IMG/VR virus record: IMGVR_UViG_3300022752_000043
Length of the DNA stretch: 24,848 nucleotides
Reading direction: 5' to 3' (one strand)
Source: a virus
Below the pieces are notes generated by a model that made no database searches, was not told where the DNA came from, and was given only the letters and a program-made list of their open reading frames with translations. Position numbers and translations under genes: made by a program. Below, piece after piece: positions 1 through 11,039 of the stretch (within the stretch, counting starts at the first letter, position 1; each line of letters opens with the position of its first letter).

Positions 1-2516
1 TAAATGTCGTTGGTGATTCAGAGGATTGAACGTATGAATTAAATATTGTAAATTTAAAAGGATAAGATTGATATATGTTACGAGAAGATATTTTTGAATT
101 CAAATTGTCTTGTAATGAATTAGAACTCTTATATACCCTATCTCTTAATACATACGCACCAAAACCACCAGGAATTTTAAACTCCGCCGACGGTGCATTT
201 GTGTAGGCGTAAAGAGGTGCTTCCAGAGCTGTTGGATCAACCTTAAATAGAGTATAAGATGTTGGTATTTCTGAAACATTTTGAGACAAAGTACTGTCTT
301 GTGTTACTTGAACTGAGTTTGATATTTTTACATCAGGATTTGTAATTTCAATATAAAACTCCATATTCGAAACATCAATTTCTTGAAGAGCTATGGCATA
401 TTGATCAGCCAAAAAATCATAAACAGATTTTTTATAAAAATCTAGAATAGATAAATTTGAAGTTGTAATATTTTTAGCGTAATTTAATTTACCATCTAAA
501 TCTTTTATCAAGCTGTAGGTTTGTTTTTTTTCTTCATCTAAAAGAACATTTTGATTGATAACATAACTGTTGTACCAGTCGGAAACATGGTAGTAGCAAG
601 ATGCTCGAACATCTTTTACTTTAGACGCAAATATTCTAGATGTCAAGGAGACTGAAACAGCATTGTAGAGAATCTTAAAAGGTCCGTTCAATAGCCGAAG
701 TTGCAGTAAATGGCACTTCCACTACCGAAGAAACACCACCGTTTGCTGTGGCAATATCGAATATCGCAGATGATTGGTATATATCGTTGCAATACTTTAG
801 TATTGGCGTAGTGCTTGCTAGTATATTACCCTTGACCAAGGCATCAGTTGTGTTGGTATAACCCATTCCAACAAATAGCGGTTTACCTCTAGAATTTTTT
901 AAAACAACATTTGATTCTGAATATGAACCAGTAAATTCTTTTACCAATTTATGATTAGATATACCCAAGTTTAATGATCCAACATTGCTTCTCCCAAATA
1001 TTGAATAAACATCATAATTAGTTCCATCAATGTTAACATTTTCAAAAATAGAATGACTTATAGGCCAGGCGCCGTTTTTTGTTTCATCAAGAAAGAAGTT
1101 AGCATTATTGTAAGTCCATGTGTTTAACGGATATAAATCTGTTGATGTTGTTAAAGATGGTTCAATGTTTTCTGCTCCGCCAGCCTGAGAAAGATCTAAT
1201 ACAATTGTTCCTTGGGTATTTTCTACAAAATACTTTATTTTTTCTCCTTGCTCTTTTGTTATATTAACACTTGGCGACCAAGCCAAAATATCATATTGAG
1301 CTAATTGTGAACTAGTTAAATCATCAATTGATACCAGCCAATAGTTTGCAGCAGTTTTTAATCCACTACCAAATGGATTTACATAAGAATATTTTGATAG
1401 ATTAAATGGAGATTGTTCTAACCTATAAAAAACATAAGGATTTGCGGAAGAGTAATCTAAAGAAGTATCCATAGACGCTTTTTGGGCAGAGGTGCAAAGA
1501 ACTGCGCAGTTTATTATTTTCTGCTTGATGTTCTCTTCGGAGTCAATTTCTTGTTCTGCGTTCAAGGAAGACACGTCAACTTTTTTAAGAACTTTTGTTA
1601 TTAATCTCCAATTAAAAGTTTCATAAGTCCTGCTGTCAGCAATGGCTTTTCTTGGTACCACTATCTCTAATCCAGTAGCTGATGAACTATTGTTTATAAT
1701 ATTATTTTTAAAACTAACTGATTTTTTAGAAAATATTTTTTTATTTCTCATAGAGTTGTCCGAAGCAAAAGACTCTTCCAAAACTCTATTAAACACTTCA
1801 ATCGAATTAATGTTTTCTTTATACTGTGGAACAACAGAAGATACCGATTCATTTGATGTCAAAGAAACTTTGTCGTATACAAGTTGTAAGTTTTTGGGAC
1901 TTGGCTCAGAAAAAAGAACAACAACTTTGTACGGACGATTTGATCTTTCTGAATAAACACTATTGTCAACCTGATCTAAAAGTATTCGATACTTTTTAAT
2001 ACCACTCTGCCTATCTACGTATTCCTGGTTATTTTCATCAATTACTTTTATAGACTTTGGTATTTTATCTTCTTCTATAAATGAATTTAAATTATTTATC
2101 AAAAAGGAATCTGTTGGCAGCATTGTGTAGTATTTAGAAATATAATAGGAGTGGGCAAACATCTTGTTTTTTACTGACGAACCAGTGTATTGTTGGTCGA
2201 ATGTTGCTTCATTTAAGAATATATCTGAAATACTAACATCATCAGAATCGAATACTGTATTACCAGATTCGTCTTCAAGAACACCAAGCTCATTTGCAAA
2301 AACTACTTTTGATTTGGCGTCTCTTATATCTCCGCTAACCTCCGTGCTGTAAGCATTTTCTGGAGTAAAGCTAGACAAATCTGTTATCGAAAGATTGTTT
2401 GCTGGACTGACAGGCCTAGAGGAAAACCAAGCAATTCCTGCAGACTGATCATCAATTGGAAGCTTATTCGCCTTGACAAAGACCGCATTAGTGTCGGAGT
2501 TGAATGGTTTAACCAT
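1..2516 (-). CDS. Large virion structural protein (tail/baseplate-associated, function unassigned); >838 aa after one +1 shift at CGG 684-686; runs off the left edge of the window
   Basis: The 613-aa ORF ends ...GCT ATT GAA CGG ACC TTT TAA. Skipping the C gives GAA GGA CCT TTT AAG ATT CTC TAC AAT (E-G-P-F-K-I-L-Y-N), which stays open to position 1. AGGA lies upstream of the ATG. Product inferred from context only. Confidence 0.75.
683..686 (-). other. +1 recoding site 1 (CGGA)
   Basis: ATT GAA C|GGA CCT TTT AAG; the 0-frame stops 3 codons after CGG. Confidence 0.8.
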
Positions 2517-2521
2517 TGACT

Positions 2522-5500
2522 TTAGTTATCCTTTTTTAAATTATTATAATTAGATATATAATATGGTGTGGAGCCCAAGAATCCCGCCTGATATTGCTCA
2601 TATCTAGATATTGGAAGCCATTTAGGCGGATTCCACCTAGGTGTTGCACCAGTAGGCTGCACTAGCTGATCATTATAGTAACTAGTTATAAAGCTTGGAG
2701 TTGAGTATATTTCTAATGATTCTTCATTATTAAAATTAATTACGTCTACCATCTTAATGTCTTTATTGTAGTTAAGATCAATATTATCATAAGACTCATA
2801 CCAATACGCAATATCGCCAGCAACAGGCGTTGCGCTGGCGTCATACGCAGATTTAAATTCAGACTCAACAGCCATATACCAATAGCCCGGTGTTGCTCTA
2901 TTTTGGGCTACAATAGGTCCAATTGTGAATCTTCCATTTGAATCTGTTATTACAGACCCAGAATATCCATTAAATAGCGAAGAGTTTGAGTATTCCTCGA
3001 GCATTAAAGCAGCGTATGGAGTTCTTCCTTTTCTCCAATAGATTACGGTATCTTTTGCCGGAGCATTGTTTTTGGATGCTATTCCGTCAACAAATATAGA
3101 AGATACGCCGTCCGCCTTAACTATCGATGGATCTGCAGCGATAGCTATTAAGTATTCTTGTTTATAGTTTGAATGAATTTTGTATTGATATTTTTTGCTA
3201 AAAGAACTATTTTCAGGACCGACTCCAGTAACTTGTATACTATCTACCAATGTTCCAGATACTGGCGTAGATGAACTTGCGTATACAGCTCTTGCAATCC
3301 CATATCCTTCGTTATTCGTTTTTATGGTTTGAGGAGTAATTAAAAGATATTGACTAGATAAATTAAACTCTTGTGATGGTTTTGGATTACCATTGACATC
3401 TAGCGAAATTATTGATATTACAATATAATCTTTTCCATCATCTATTATATTTTGTGGAGACAATCTTACTTCTGCGTTGTTGAATGGATAATCTCCGTTT
3501 GTAACAACAACATACCCACTATCTAGTAGTGATGATGTTTCGCCAAACTGTACCGGTATTGGAGTCGAATGCTCATAGCTAGAAGACTCATAAACAACTT
3601 CGTAATCAAGCGACTCACTGGGCGTAGAATCAAAAACTATTCTTGAATAGTAGGATGATCCTGATAATATATTCTCAATATAATACGAGTTTTTTACCCT
3701 ATATATAATTTCATATTCTCTGTCCTGAACAAATATAGGAGTCGAAGATCCCGATGAAAGAACATTTGTGATTGTTTGAAGATCTGTTGCTACAGTTTCT
3801 CCAGTAAATTTGTCAACAATGCTAGCGTCGTAAATGTTTTGATATGATAAATAAAAATTATTATCATATGATGGATAAAGTATTTCCTTATTATAAAAAC
3901 CCATCTCTCTCGGGGTTGCCAAATCTTCAAAAGCGGTTTCGACATAATCCGCATAAGGCGTAGCTACGCCGACCTCTTTTGCGGTTACGTATATTGGAGC
4001 ACCTTGTTGCGGAACTGAGTCCAAAATAATTTCTTTCAATACTCCACTGAATGTCTGCTTTTTGGGTTTAGCAAAAACATAATACTCTTGTTTATCTAAG
4101 CTCATCCAACCAGTATTAATTCTTGCCTCCAGCTTTGCGTCGTATAGTCTCCCCTTTGCCACAAAATTGGTAAATACTGTTGTGTTTTTTTCTAGATTAT
4201 ATTCTTCTACAATTGAATTTCCTGGATAGGTTATTTTTTTTATGGTGTACAGAGAATCACTTAAAGCAGATTGAATGTTGTCTGATTTCAAAACATAACT
4301 TCTATTCAAGAATGGATTGACAATTTTTTGCTCTGACCAAATTAGAACATCGACATCTTGTGGATCTAGGATTGATATACTTTCAAAGAAATAGTCAAAC
4401 TTTGCCGAACCAGATATTCCAAAAGTTTCTCTAGTTATTTCTGGAACAATCAATGAATCAGAATTTTTACTAGGAATAAACTCACCGTTAGCGCTGTTGT
4501 AGCCGACAAAACCATACTCATCAATGTATCCATACATCGGTGTTGAAGACGCACTGAACGGTTCCCAGGCAATAGAAGTCCTTGGGTAATTGATCCCATC
4601 TTTAAGATTTATTAAAATTGAATTCGGTGTTGCTGAGTATTTATAGGATATGCTTGAAAAATACTGATTTGCTGTGGCATTTCCTCCATCAACAACTACT
4701 TGTATATTTGGTGAAGACGGTACAAAAACTTTTGAATCCAATAACGGGTCAAAAGTTACTCCACCATATCCAGATAACGGAGAAGAGTCAGTTATATAAC
4801 CAACTACGGCCGAATCTGATGGTTTTATGTTTTCAATATAAAAATAATTTGGCGTTGCTCCAATCGGATGAACTATGTTGTTCATTATCCTATTCTTATC
4901 TATAGCGTAAGAACTAGCAGGAGTTGCAGAAAGCGGATTGACCCTAATCTCAGCTGTTTGTTTTGCAGTTTTTTTAAGATTTTCTACCTGTGTCCAAAGT
5001 TTAGAAGCAATCTGCATTTTTGTTGATTGGTTAAAAGAGGGAGTTGCAGAAAGATAAGGGGTAGATCCACCATATTCTAAAGTGTTGTTTGTGTTATTCG
5101 AAAATCTTATCACAAAGCTATCTGAAGAAGGTGGGGTTGCGTATGAACTTCCATTCCATAATCCCAATGTAACAAGAATATTTTGTATTCTGTTTATATC
5201 TATTTTGTTAATCACAGTATTATTGACTGTATTCTGATATCTATTAAGGGTTGATTTTCCGTTAATAATTAAATTACTAGAAGTAAATCCTTCTGTATCA
5301 AATATGTCGTATGATTGCCATTCGTATACTGAGCTTCCGTTGCGGACCCTTATTGTTTTTAGGATAAACTGTTACTGGCGCATAAAAAATAGATGGAGTT
5401 GAATATACGCCATGGGGCGTAGCATGGAACTCAATTGTAAAGTTTACGGTTGCTGCTGGATTGTTATATTCTTTGATGTAATAATCTGAATAGTATTCAT

Positions 5501-7213
5501 AATTTATATCGACTGGATAATATTCTGGGGTAGATCCAACCTTCTTTTTGCCTTTAGCTATGAGATAGGTTTCGTATCTTAATGGTGTTGCGTCTGTTTC
5601 TCTAATTGAGAAAAGAAGATCATTTTGATCACCAACTCCAGGTTGATAGTACGGTATGTTTACTGTTGAGTCGTGATATCTCGCTGATATCCTAGAAACC
5701 CCATTGTTATTTAGACCAGCATAATCCCAAATTGCATTATCAAACTCTAGATATCCCCAATTGTTTGGATATTTAATATTTAATTCTTCTACTAAATTCC
5801 TAAAATAATCTGTTGGATTTTTGTCTGGAGTAAAGTAGGGGGTAGAATTAGTTATGTCTGACATTTCAAGTATCTCAGGCGTAGCCCCTAAATAACTTGA
5901 ACTTGGCTCAGCACCAAACGCTTTCCATAAATTGAGTTCTCTTCTAAGTGTTTTTTTGAAAGATTCTATATCTATACCAATTGGATTTTTAAACGTGTCT
6001 ATTATTCTTTCTTTAAATGACACGTTTTCTTCTAGATATAATCTTGTTAAACCAACCCTAAGACCAAATTCATCAAACCAATTAAACTTTTGTACTGGAA
6101 GTTGGTCGAGTATTGTTGAACTAGAGTTTACATTTTCGGCTTTTAGTACAGAAAACTTTTTGAGAGTTAGTACTTCTCTGTTAATTGGATTATGATAAAA
6201 GATATAATCGGAAGCCTTAGACTTCAAAAAATCTACTAAATTATCCGCTCTTGCTAGCTCAATACCGTTGCCAGTAATCTTGTGAAATGTATTATTAACA
6301 TTTGTTGATGAATATATCCAGGCAATTTGATTCTCGTCGGCTCTATTAATAAAAGAATTTATATTTAAAGAATCTAATTCTCTATCAAAATTATCTAAAG
6401 CTTCTCCAACAATTGCGTTAACAAATTTACCCGCTGTTGTTTGCGGGATATAAAGATCAGGAGTTGCTTGATCCACCGCATCTTTATTTAAAAGCATCCA
6501 AGACGGAAACTTTTTCAAAATATTTTTTGTTGATCTAGCGAGTATTGGATTAGTCGGATCTGCAATTGCAATTTCAACAAGAAGAATAAAACTTAGAACA
6601 CTTAAATTGGAAAGTTCTGTATCTATTTCTACTTCAAACTTTGCGTATCTTTTGCTATTTTTAACTAGCAGAATTGAAGCTAATGCTTGAGAAGTTGAAG
6701 TGCTAGATAGAAGCCATGGTCCGATTTAATGAGTCTGACTCATACACATTAACATTAAACGATATGTCTTCTATACTATTTAAAGAAGAAGAAAAAGCCC
6801 CTTTAAAAGTTCGAATATCTACTCTTGAAGAAGTATCTATAAACCTATAAAAATAATCTTGACTTGAAGAAGAAGATATTATCGGAGTTGACGCCTCGTC
6901 ATAGTCGATAATGTAGTTTCCATCTTCATCCGCTACAGCATCAAAGATATAATAAGTCTGTGATTCTGGCTCTAGATATATTTCTCCGCATATCTGTTAC
7001 CGAAGTAGAGCCAGATATAGTCGGTGTAGCATTAGCTATATTTTTTGTTCCAGTGAACGTGTAATCACCTAAAGAATTGATTCCAGTAGGAAATCTTGTA
7101 TAGGAATAATTTTTATAGTACTTATTTGCGTAAAGGTCAATAGCCTCAGTACTCCATGTTTTTCCATTTTTGGAAAAATCAGAAGTGACAAAGCTCAACA
7201 AATAAGTTTTCAT
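2522..7213 (-). CDS. Large baseplate/tail-associated structural protein of about 1,562 aa with C-terminal Ig-like (Big_1/invasin-type) domains; joined through three +1 shifts (CGG at 6986, 6721, 5337)
   Basis: The 90-aa, unlisted 6724-6987, 406-aa and 897-aa segments join in frame when one C is skipped at each CGG: ATG C|GGA GAA, AAT C|GGA CCA TGG, CAA C|GGA AGC. GAGG precedes the ATG at 7213. Big_1-like segments are PQNIIDDGKDYIVISIISLDVNGNP..TNNEG and ADPSIVKADGVSS..TDSNGRF. The [AS]TP motif occurs in all four segments. Confidence 0.8.
5336..5339 (-). other. +1 recoding site 2 (CGGA)
   Basis: GGT CCG CAA C|GGA AGC TCA GTA TAC GAA TGG; continues into the 897-aa ORF. Confidence 0.8.
6720..6723 (-). 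other. +1 recoding site 3 (CGGA)
   Basis: TCA TTA AAT C|GGA CCA TGG CTT; continues into the 406-aa ORF. Confidence 0.8.
6985..6988 (-). other. +1 recoding site 4 (CGGA)
   Basis: ACA GAT ATG C|GGA GAA ATA TAT CTA. Confidence 0.8.
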
Positions 7214-7224
7214 TTTTTAAACCT

Positions 7225-8415
7225 CTATACGGAATCTAGCCATACGCTATATTCGCTTGTTATACCATTTTCTGGATGAACAAACATTAAATGCTGACAA
7301 GGTCTACTCATTGAAGAAAAGTACTCTTGGGCATATGTATTACTACTTTCTGGTGAACCGGAAACTCTAAGTATTGTACTTCCAATGGTCATTTTAAACT
7401 GCTGATGGTAGTGACCCATGAACACATCATCAAAATGCTCCGGAATTGCTCCATCTTTCCAACCCATTATTTTCTTGTAATACCCGTAGTATTGAGCTGG
7501 AGCGGGCAGCTGATCTCCATGTATGAGAAGACTAGAATAATTTCCTATGTTATCTACTGCGTACCAATTTCTTTCGCCTTTACCATCTGGAATATTAAAA
7601 GATATTCTATCTTCTTTAGCAAAAATTAGTTCTAATATCTTATACAAAAGTCTATCCATGTTCGTTTCTGGATCGTGAGATCTTCTCATCTTTCCACCAA
7701 CAGCTCCATGGTTTCCAATAATGCCAGTAACATGAACTCTCTTAAAGTTTTCTAAAGCTGTAGTAAGAAACTTAGAAAGTATCTTTGGACCATTTATTCC
7801 GACCTGTCTGTATAAACCGGAATCTATCAAATGACTTTGACCAGCGAATATTTCTTCACCCTCAACAATATCACCCAACAACCACACATGAAGATCGTCT
7901 ACATTGTGATGCAGTCTTTGTATTTCTGTAATCTCCAATAGTTTTTCAGTATATAGTTCTATTCTTTTTTCTAGAACTTCTGTGTTATAACTTGGTGTTA
8001 TTTTACCCATTTGCCAGTCGGCAAAAACTACTACAGCTGTTTCCGGAGTGTTATGTTTTGTTGATTTAAATGTAGGAGCTTTAATCTTCGGCAGTTCAAA
8101 GTTTGAAAAGGCATCAAATGCTGCCTGGTAAACTGAAATTACAGCTTCATCTTTTACGTTCTTATACTTTTCGGCCAACTTAGCCAGGCGTCTATTTTCT
8201 GATCTTAAAAAGATTGAACCCTCATCTGGAGAATTGATATTAAAAGTTGGATCCTCTTCTTCGTTAAACTCCTCGTAATCTTGAGAAACATCAACTTCTT
8301 CATGAAGTATTTGACCAGGAAAATCCTTATACCCCTCAGATAGCATTCGCGCATGCGTCATATTCTTTGCTTTAATAATTTGTTTTTTTGTAACTAAATA
8401 AGATTGTTCTGACAT
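7225..8415 (-). CDS. Calcineurin-like metallophosphoesterase (phage nuclease/phosphoesterase family), 396 aa
   Basis: Ordered motifs ADWQMG, LLGDIVEG, IIGNHG, IHGD, MGHYHQ. AAGGA upstream. Uninterrupted ORF. Confidence 0.85.
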   Translation of the reverse strand: MSEQSYLVTKKQIIKAKNMTHARMLSEGYKDFPGQILHEEVDVSQDYEEFNEEEDPTFNINSPDEGSIFLRSENRRLAKLAEKYKNVKDEAVISVYQAAFDAFSNFELPKIKAPTFKSTKHNTPETAVVVFADWQMGKITPSYNTEVLEKRIELYTEKLLEITEIQRLHHNVDDLHVWLLGDIVEGEEIFAGQSHLIDSGLYRQVGINGPKILSKFLTTALENFKRVHVTGIIGNHGAVGGKMRRSHDPETNMDRLLYKILELIFAKEDRISFNIPDGKGERNWYAVDNIGNYSSLLIHGDQLPAPAQYYGYYKKIMGWKDGAIPEHFDDVFMGHYHQQFKMTIGSTILRVSGSPESSNTYAQEYFSSMSRPCQHLMFVHPENGITSEYSVWLDSV

Positions 8416-8425
8416 TGATCATCCT

Positions 8426-9595
8426 TTAATAATCGGAGCTACCCATTATAACAGAATATATCGATAATGATCCAGCTGTCATGTAAGATTTATCATCGGA
8501 TAATCTATAGTCTTTATTTGGGATATTTTGTCCTTCTACTCTTACTGAATTAATTGTTGCAGAAACAATAACTTCAGAAGCCAAACGCGCCTGTCTTTCC
8601 ACTTCGGTAATTGATAGAGAGTCTCCAATGGACAAAGTATTAATATATCTATTAATAAAAATTCTTGCTTGATTTTCAACAGCTCTTGCGACTGAGGTAT
8701 TTGTGCCCTCTCTTAAAACAAGAGACATATTTATATCAACAGGTTTTCTTTCTGCTATTCTTACATTAATGTTGACACCAACTGGCTTTATTGCCTTAAC
8801 TTGCTCTATAACATATTGGCTCATTGTTGAAATGCTTGATCTAGTTTCTGGCACTAATATAATATCACATGATCCGATTCCAAAAGACGCCTCTCTTATT
8901 TTAGCATCCTTTACACCTTTTACGGCTAAAGCTGCAAAGCGAATAGACTCTGCGGTTCCCGTGTTTGAACCCCTTACTGCAGCAATTATTCTTCTACGAT
9001 AATTGTCATCTGACTCTGAGTTTAAAGTGCTATAAACTTCTTTGGGATTATTACAAAATACTACAACTCCTGGAGGCGCAATAAAATTATGCTTTACTAA
9101 TGTATTTCTAGCAGCCGTTATATTATTATCAGCAAATTTTGCCTTCACTGATCCGTATGCCCTAGTATTTCCTGCGGCAATAATGACATCGCCGGTAAGC
9201 TCGTACATGTATTGAACTGAAGAATAATTGTTAATATCATTAAATACAAGTGTTCCAGCTGCAATGGTAATTGCTGCGCTGTATGGTTTGCCAATAAAAA
9301 ATTCTATATTTGCTGTGGCTCTTTCTGAAACTAACTCAGATGAAATTGATCTTCTTGGTACATTGTATAATGCACCTATCATATCTAGATTAGCCCCGTT
9401 GGCCGTTGCCAAACTTGACTGCTCAATGCTTAACTTTAGGGCGTTGTAAAGATCATATATTTCAGAATGGATTGCCTCAGCAAAGGCTCTGGCAATTGAG
9501 CCAGGCGATATTGAGTTAATTCCTGCATTTTTTTGGAGACTATCCAAGGTAGCCAGTAACATTTGCTCTCTTGTTTTTACATTCATAACTGGCAT
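8426..9595 (-). CDS. Baseplate J-like wedge protein, 389 aa
   Basis: Baseplate-J hallmarks: LATANGANLDMIGALYNVPR, ATANIEF, ESDDNYRRRI, GTAESIRFAALAVKGV, IKPVGVNINV. AGGAG upstream. Directly follows a gp25-like gene. Confidence 0.9.
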   Translation of the reverse strand: MPVMNVKTREQMLLATLDSLQKNAGINSISPGSIARAFAEAIHSEIYDLYNALKLSIEQSSLATANGANLDMIGALYNVPRRSISSELVSERATANIEFFIGKPYSAAITIAAGTLVFNDINNYSSVQYMYELTGDVIIAAGNTRAYGSVKAKFADNNITAARNTLVKHNFIAPPGVVVFCNNPKEVYSTLNSESDDNYRRRIIAAVRGSNTGTAESIRFAALAVKGVKDAKIREASFGIGSCDIILVPETRSSISTMSQYVIEQVKAIKPVGVNINVRIAERKPVDINMSLVLREGTNTSVARAVENQARIFINRYINTLSIGDSLSITEVERQARLASEVIVSATINSVRVEGQNIPNKDYRLSDDKSYMTAGSLSIYSVIMGSSDY

Positions 9596-9596
9596 A

Positions 9597-9977
9597 TTAC
9601 GCTCCTAAATCTTGAGTTATAGAAAGTACCACTGGTTGATAGTTGCTGCCAGCTAAATAAACATCAAACCTAATCGAATCAGCGCTGACAGGTACTGCTT
9701 CAATAGTAATTTGCCTATTTTTAAAGACCCCTTCTCTCTCTAGGGCAGATCTTATAAGCCTTTTACCAAGATCTCCGGTTTGAACGCTTTGTGGCATGCC
9801 GTAAAGCATTGAGAGCTGGGTACCAAGCTGGGGGTAAACAAAAAAATCTCCGGGCTCAGTCATTAGCCTAATATAAACATGTTGTATATCTTTTGTGGAT
9901 TGATCTTGAACTGTTGCTATATCCCCAGAACCATTAACAACTAAATCTCCACTTAAATCAATATAAAAATCAGACAT
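9597..9977 (-). CDS. gp25/gpW-like baseplate wedge (sheath initiator) protein, 126 aa
   Basis: GDLVVNGSGDIATV..IRLMTEPGDFFVYPQLGTQL pattern, size and position before baseplate J. Start overlaps the upstream stop (TAATG). Confidence 0.8.
   Translation of the reverse strand: MSDFYIDLSGDLVVNGSGDIATVQDQSTKDIQHVYIRLMTEPGDFFVYPQLGTQLSMLYGMPQSVQTGDLGKRLIRSALEREGVFKNRQITIEAVPVSADSIRFDVYLAGSNYQPVVLSITQDLGA
9602..9606 (-). promoter_or_regulatory. Shine-Dalgarno AGGAG for baseplate J
   Basis: AGGAG CGTAAT ATG, 6-nt spacing. Confidence 0.7.
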
Positions 9978-10660
9978 TAATTATCCTCTAAAATTCTATT
10001 TTTTGCTTGTTCTATAGTATAGCCTTGAGTCTTATAATTTAAAATAGACTGCAGCAGAGCGCTTTGGGTTTCTTTTAATATTTTAGTATTTTTATTCCAA
10101 AAATTATTTATATCATCTAATTCAGCCTGACTAAAGGTCATGGAGTAATCCGACTCTGAACCAGTTGGAAGGCTATTTTTTACAACAGAAGTATCCGTAT
10201 CGGATACATAATCATAATCACCTTGAATAGTAACAGTTGGTTGATCATCCTCTTTGTCTAATTCACTAATATTATTAATATAATAATCAGCGTTTTTAAA
10301 ACCAGGATTAAAATCTGCTCCCCCGACCTGTATAAAGGCAGGTTCAGCAAAGACAGTAGCAGAACTGTTGAACTGTTTAGAGTTCCACTGAAGTCCATCT
10401 TCTTTCGTATGCAATTTAATATTATCGGCAAAAATTGATACGGTTCTGGTAGAAGCATTGATTACTATACCAATCCCGGGAGCAGCAAATAGCTCTATAT
10501 CGCCAGAATCAGTTAACCTTATAAAGGCTGGATTATCTGGATGCGTAATACCAACTTCTCTAGAGGAAAACGTTTTTCTTCTATTAATTTCATCTGCCTC
10601 TACAATGGTTCTTCCGACTGAAGACTCGTAGCTTTTATCTGCGTTAATTTTTTCTGCCAT
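9977..10660 (-). CDS. Putative baseplate spike-associated protein, 227 aa
   Basis: Beta-strand repeat-like stretch AFIRLTDSGDIELFAAPGIGIVINASTRTVSIFADNIKL resembles spike beta-helix segments. Sits between the OB-fold-like gene and gp25. Function is inference. Confidence 0.5.
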   Translation of the reverse strand: MAEKINADKSYESSVGRTIVEADEINRRKTFSSREVGITHPDNPAFIRLTDSGDIELFAAPGIGIVINASTRTVSIFADNIKLHTKEDGLQWNSKQFNSSATVFAEPAFIQVGGADFNPGFKNADYYINNISELDKEDDQPTVTIQGDYDYVSDTDTSVVKNSLPTGSESDYSMTFSQAELDDINNFWNKNTKILKETQSALLQSILNYKTQGYTIEQAKNRILEDN

Positions 10661-10662
10661 AA

Positions 10663-11026
10663 TTAAACCATAAACTTAGGTATGCCAGTATTAACAAAAT
10701 TTGATGGACCATATTTACCAACTGAAGATCCATCGTCAACAAAAGATATTATATATGGAGATACCTCTGAGTCGTCTCTAAAACCAACCACGCAGCGTGA
10801 TCCGGTGGTAGGCGCAACCATTTGGACACCCTGTATCGTTGGGCACGGTATTGCCCTATATATATTTCCGTGCCGTATTTGCTATTTTATCATCCATAAC
10901 AACCATAACCGTATTGGTTATTTTATCATAAGACATAACAGTTCCCAAACGAGTCCTTGACTGCTGCATTCTTTGGTTCTCTAAATGAGAGTTCAGTCTT
11001 TGATCAAATTTTGGATAATGTTTCAT
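10663..11026 (-). CDS. Putative baseplate spike N-terminal OB-fold protein (gp5/gpV-like), 120 aa; absent from the ORF track, needs a +1 shift at CGG 10868
   Basis: AGGAG then ATG AAA CAT TAT CCA AAA TTT. Reads MKHYPKFDQRLNSHL..TRLGTVMSYDKITNTVMVVMDDKIANTA, then C|GGA, then NIYRAIPCPTIQGVQMVAPTTGSRCVVGFRDDSEVSPYIISF..GIPKFMV*. It fills the gap between neighbouring genes exactly. Confidence 0.75.
10867..10870 (-). other. +1 recoding site 5 (CGGA)
   Basis: AAT ACG GCA C|GGA AAT ATA TAT AGG. Confidence 0.8.
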
Positions 11027-11032
11027 AATAAT

Positions 11033-11037
11033 CTCCT
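11033..11037 (-). promoter_or_regulatory. Shine-Dalgarno AGGAG for the hidden 120-aa gene
   Basis: AGGAG ATTATT ATG, 6-nt spacing. Confidence 0.7.
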
Positions 11038-11039
11038 AA

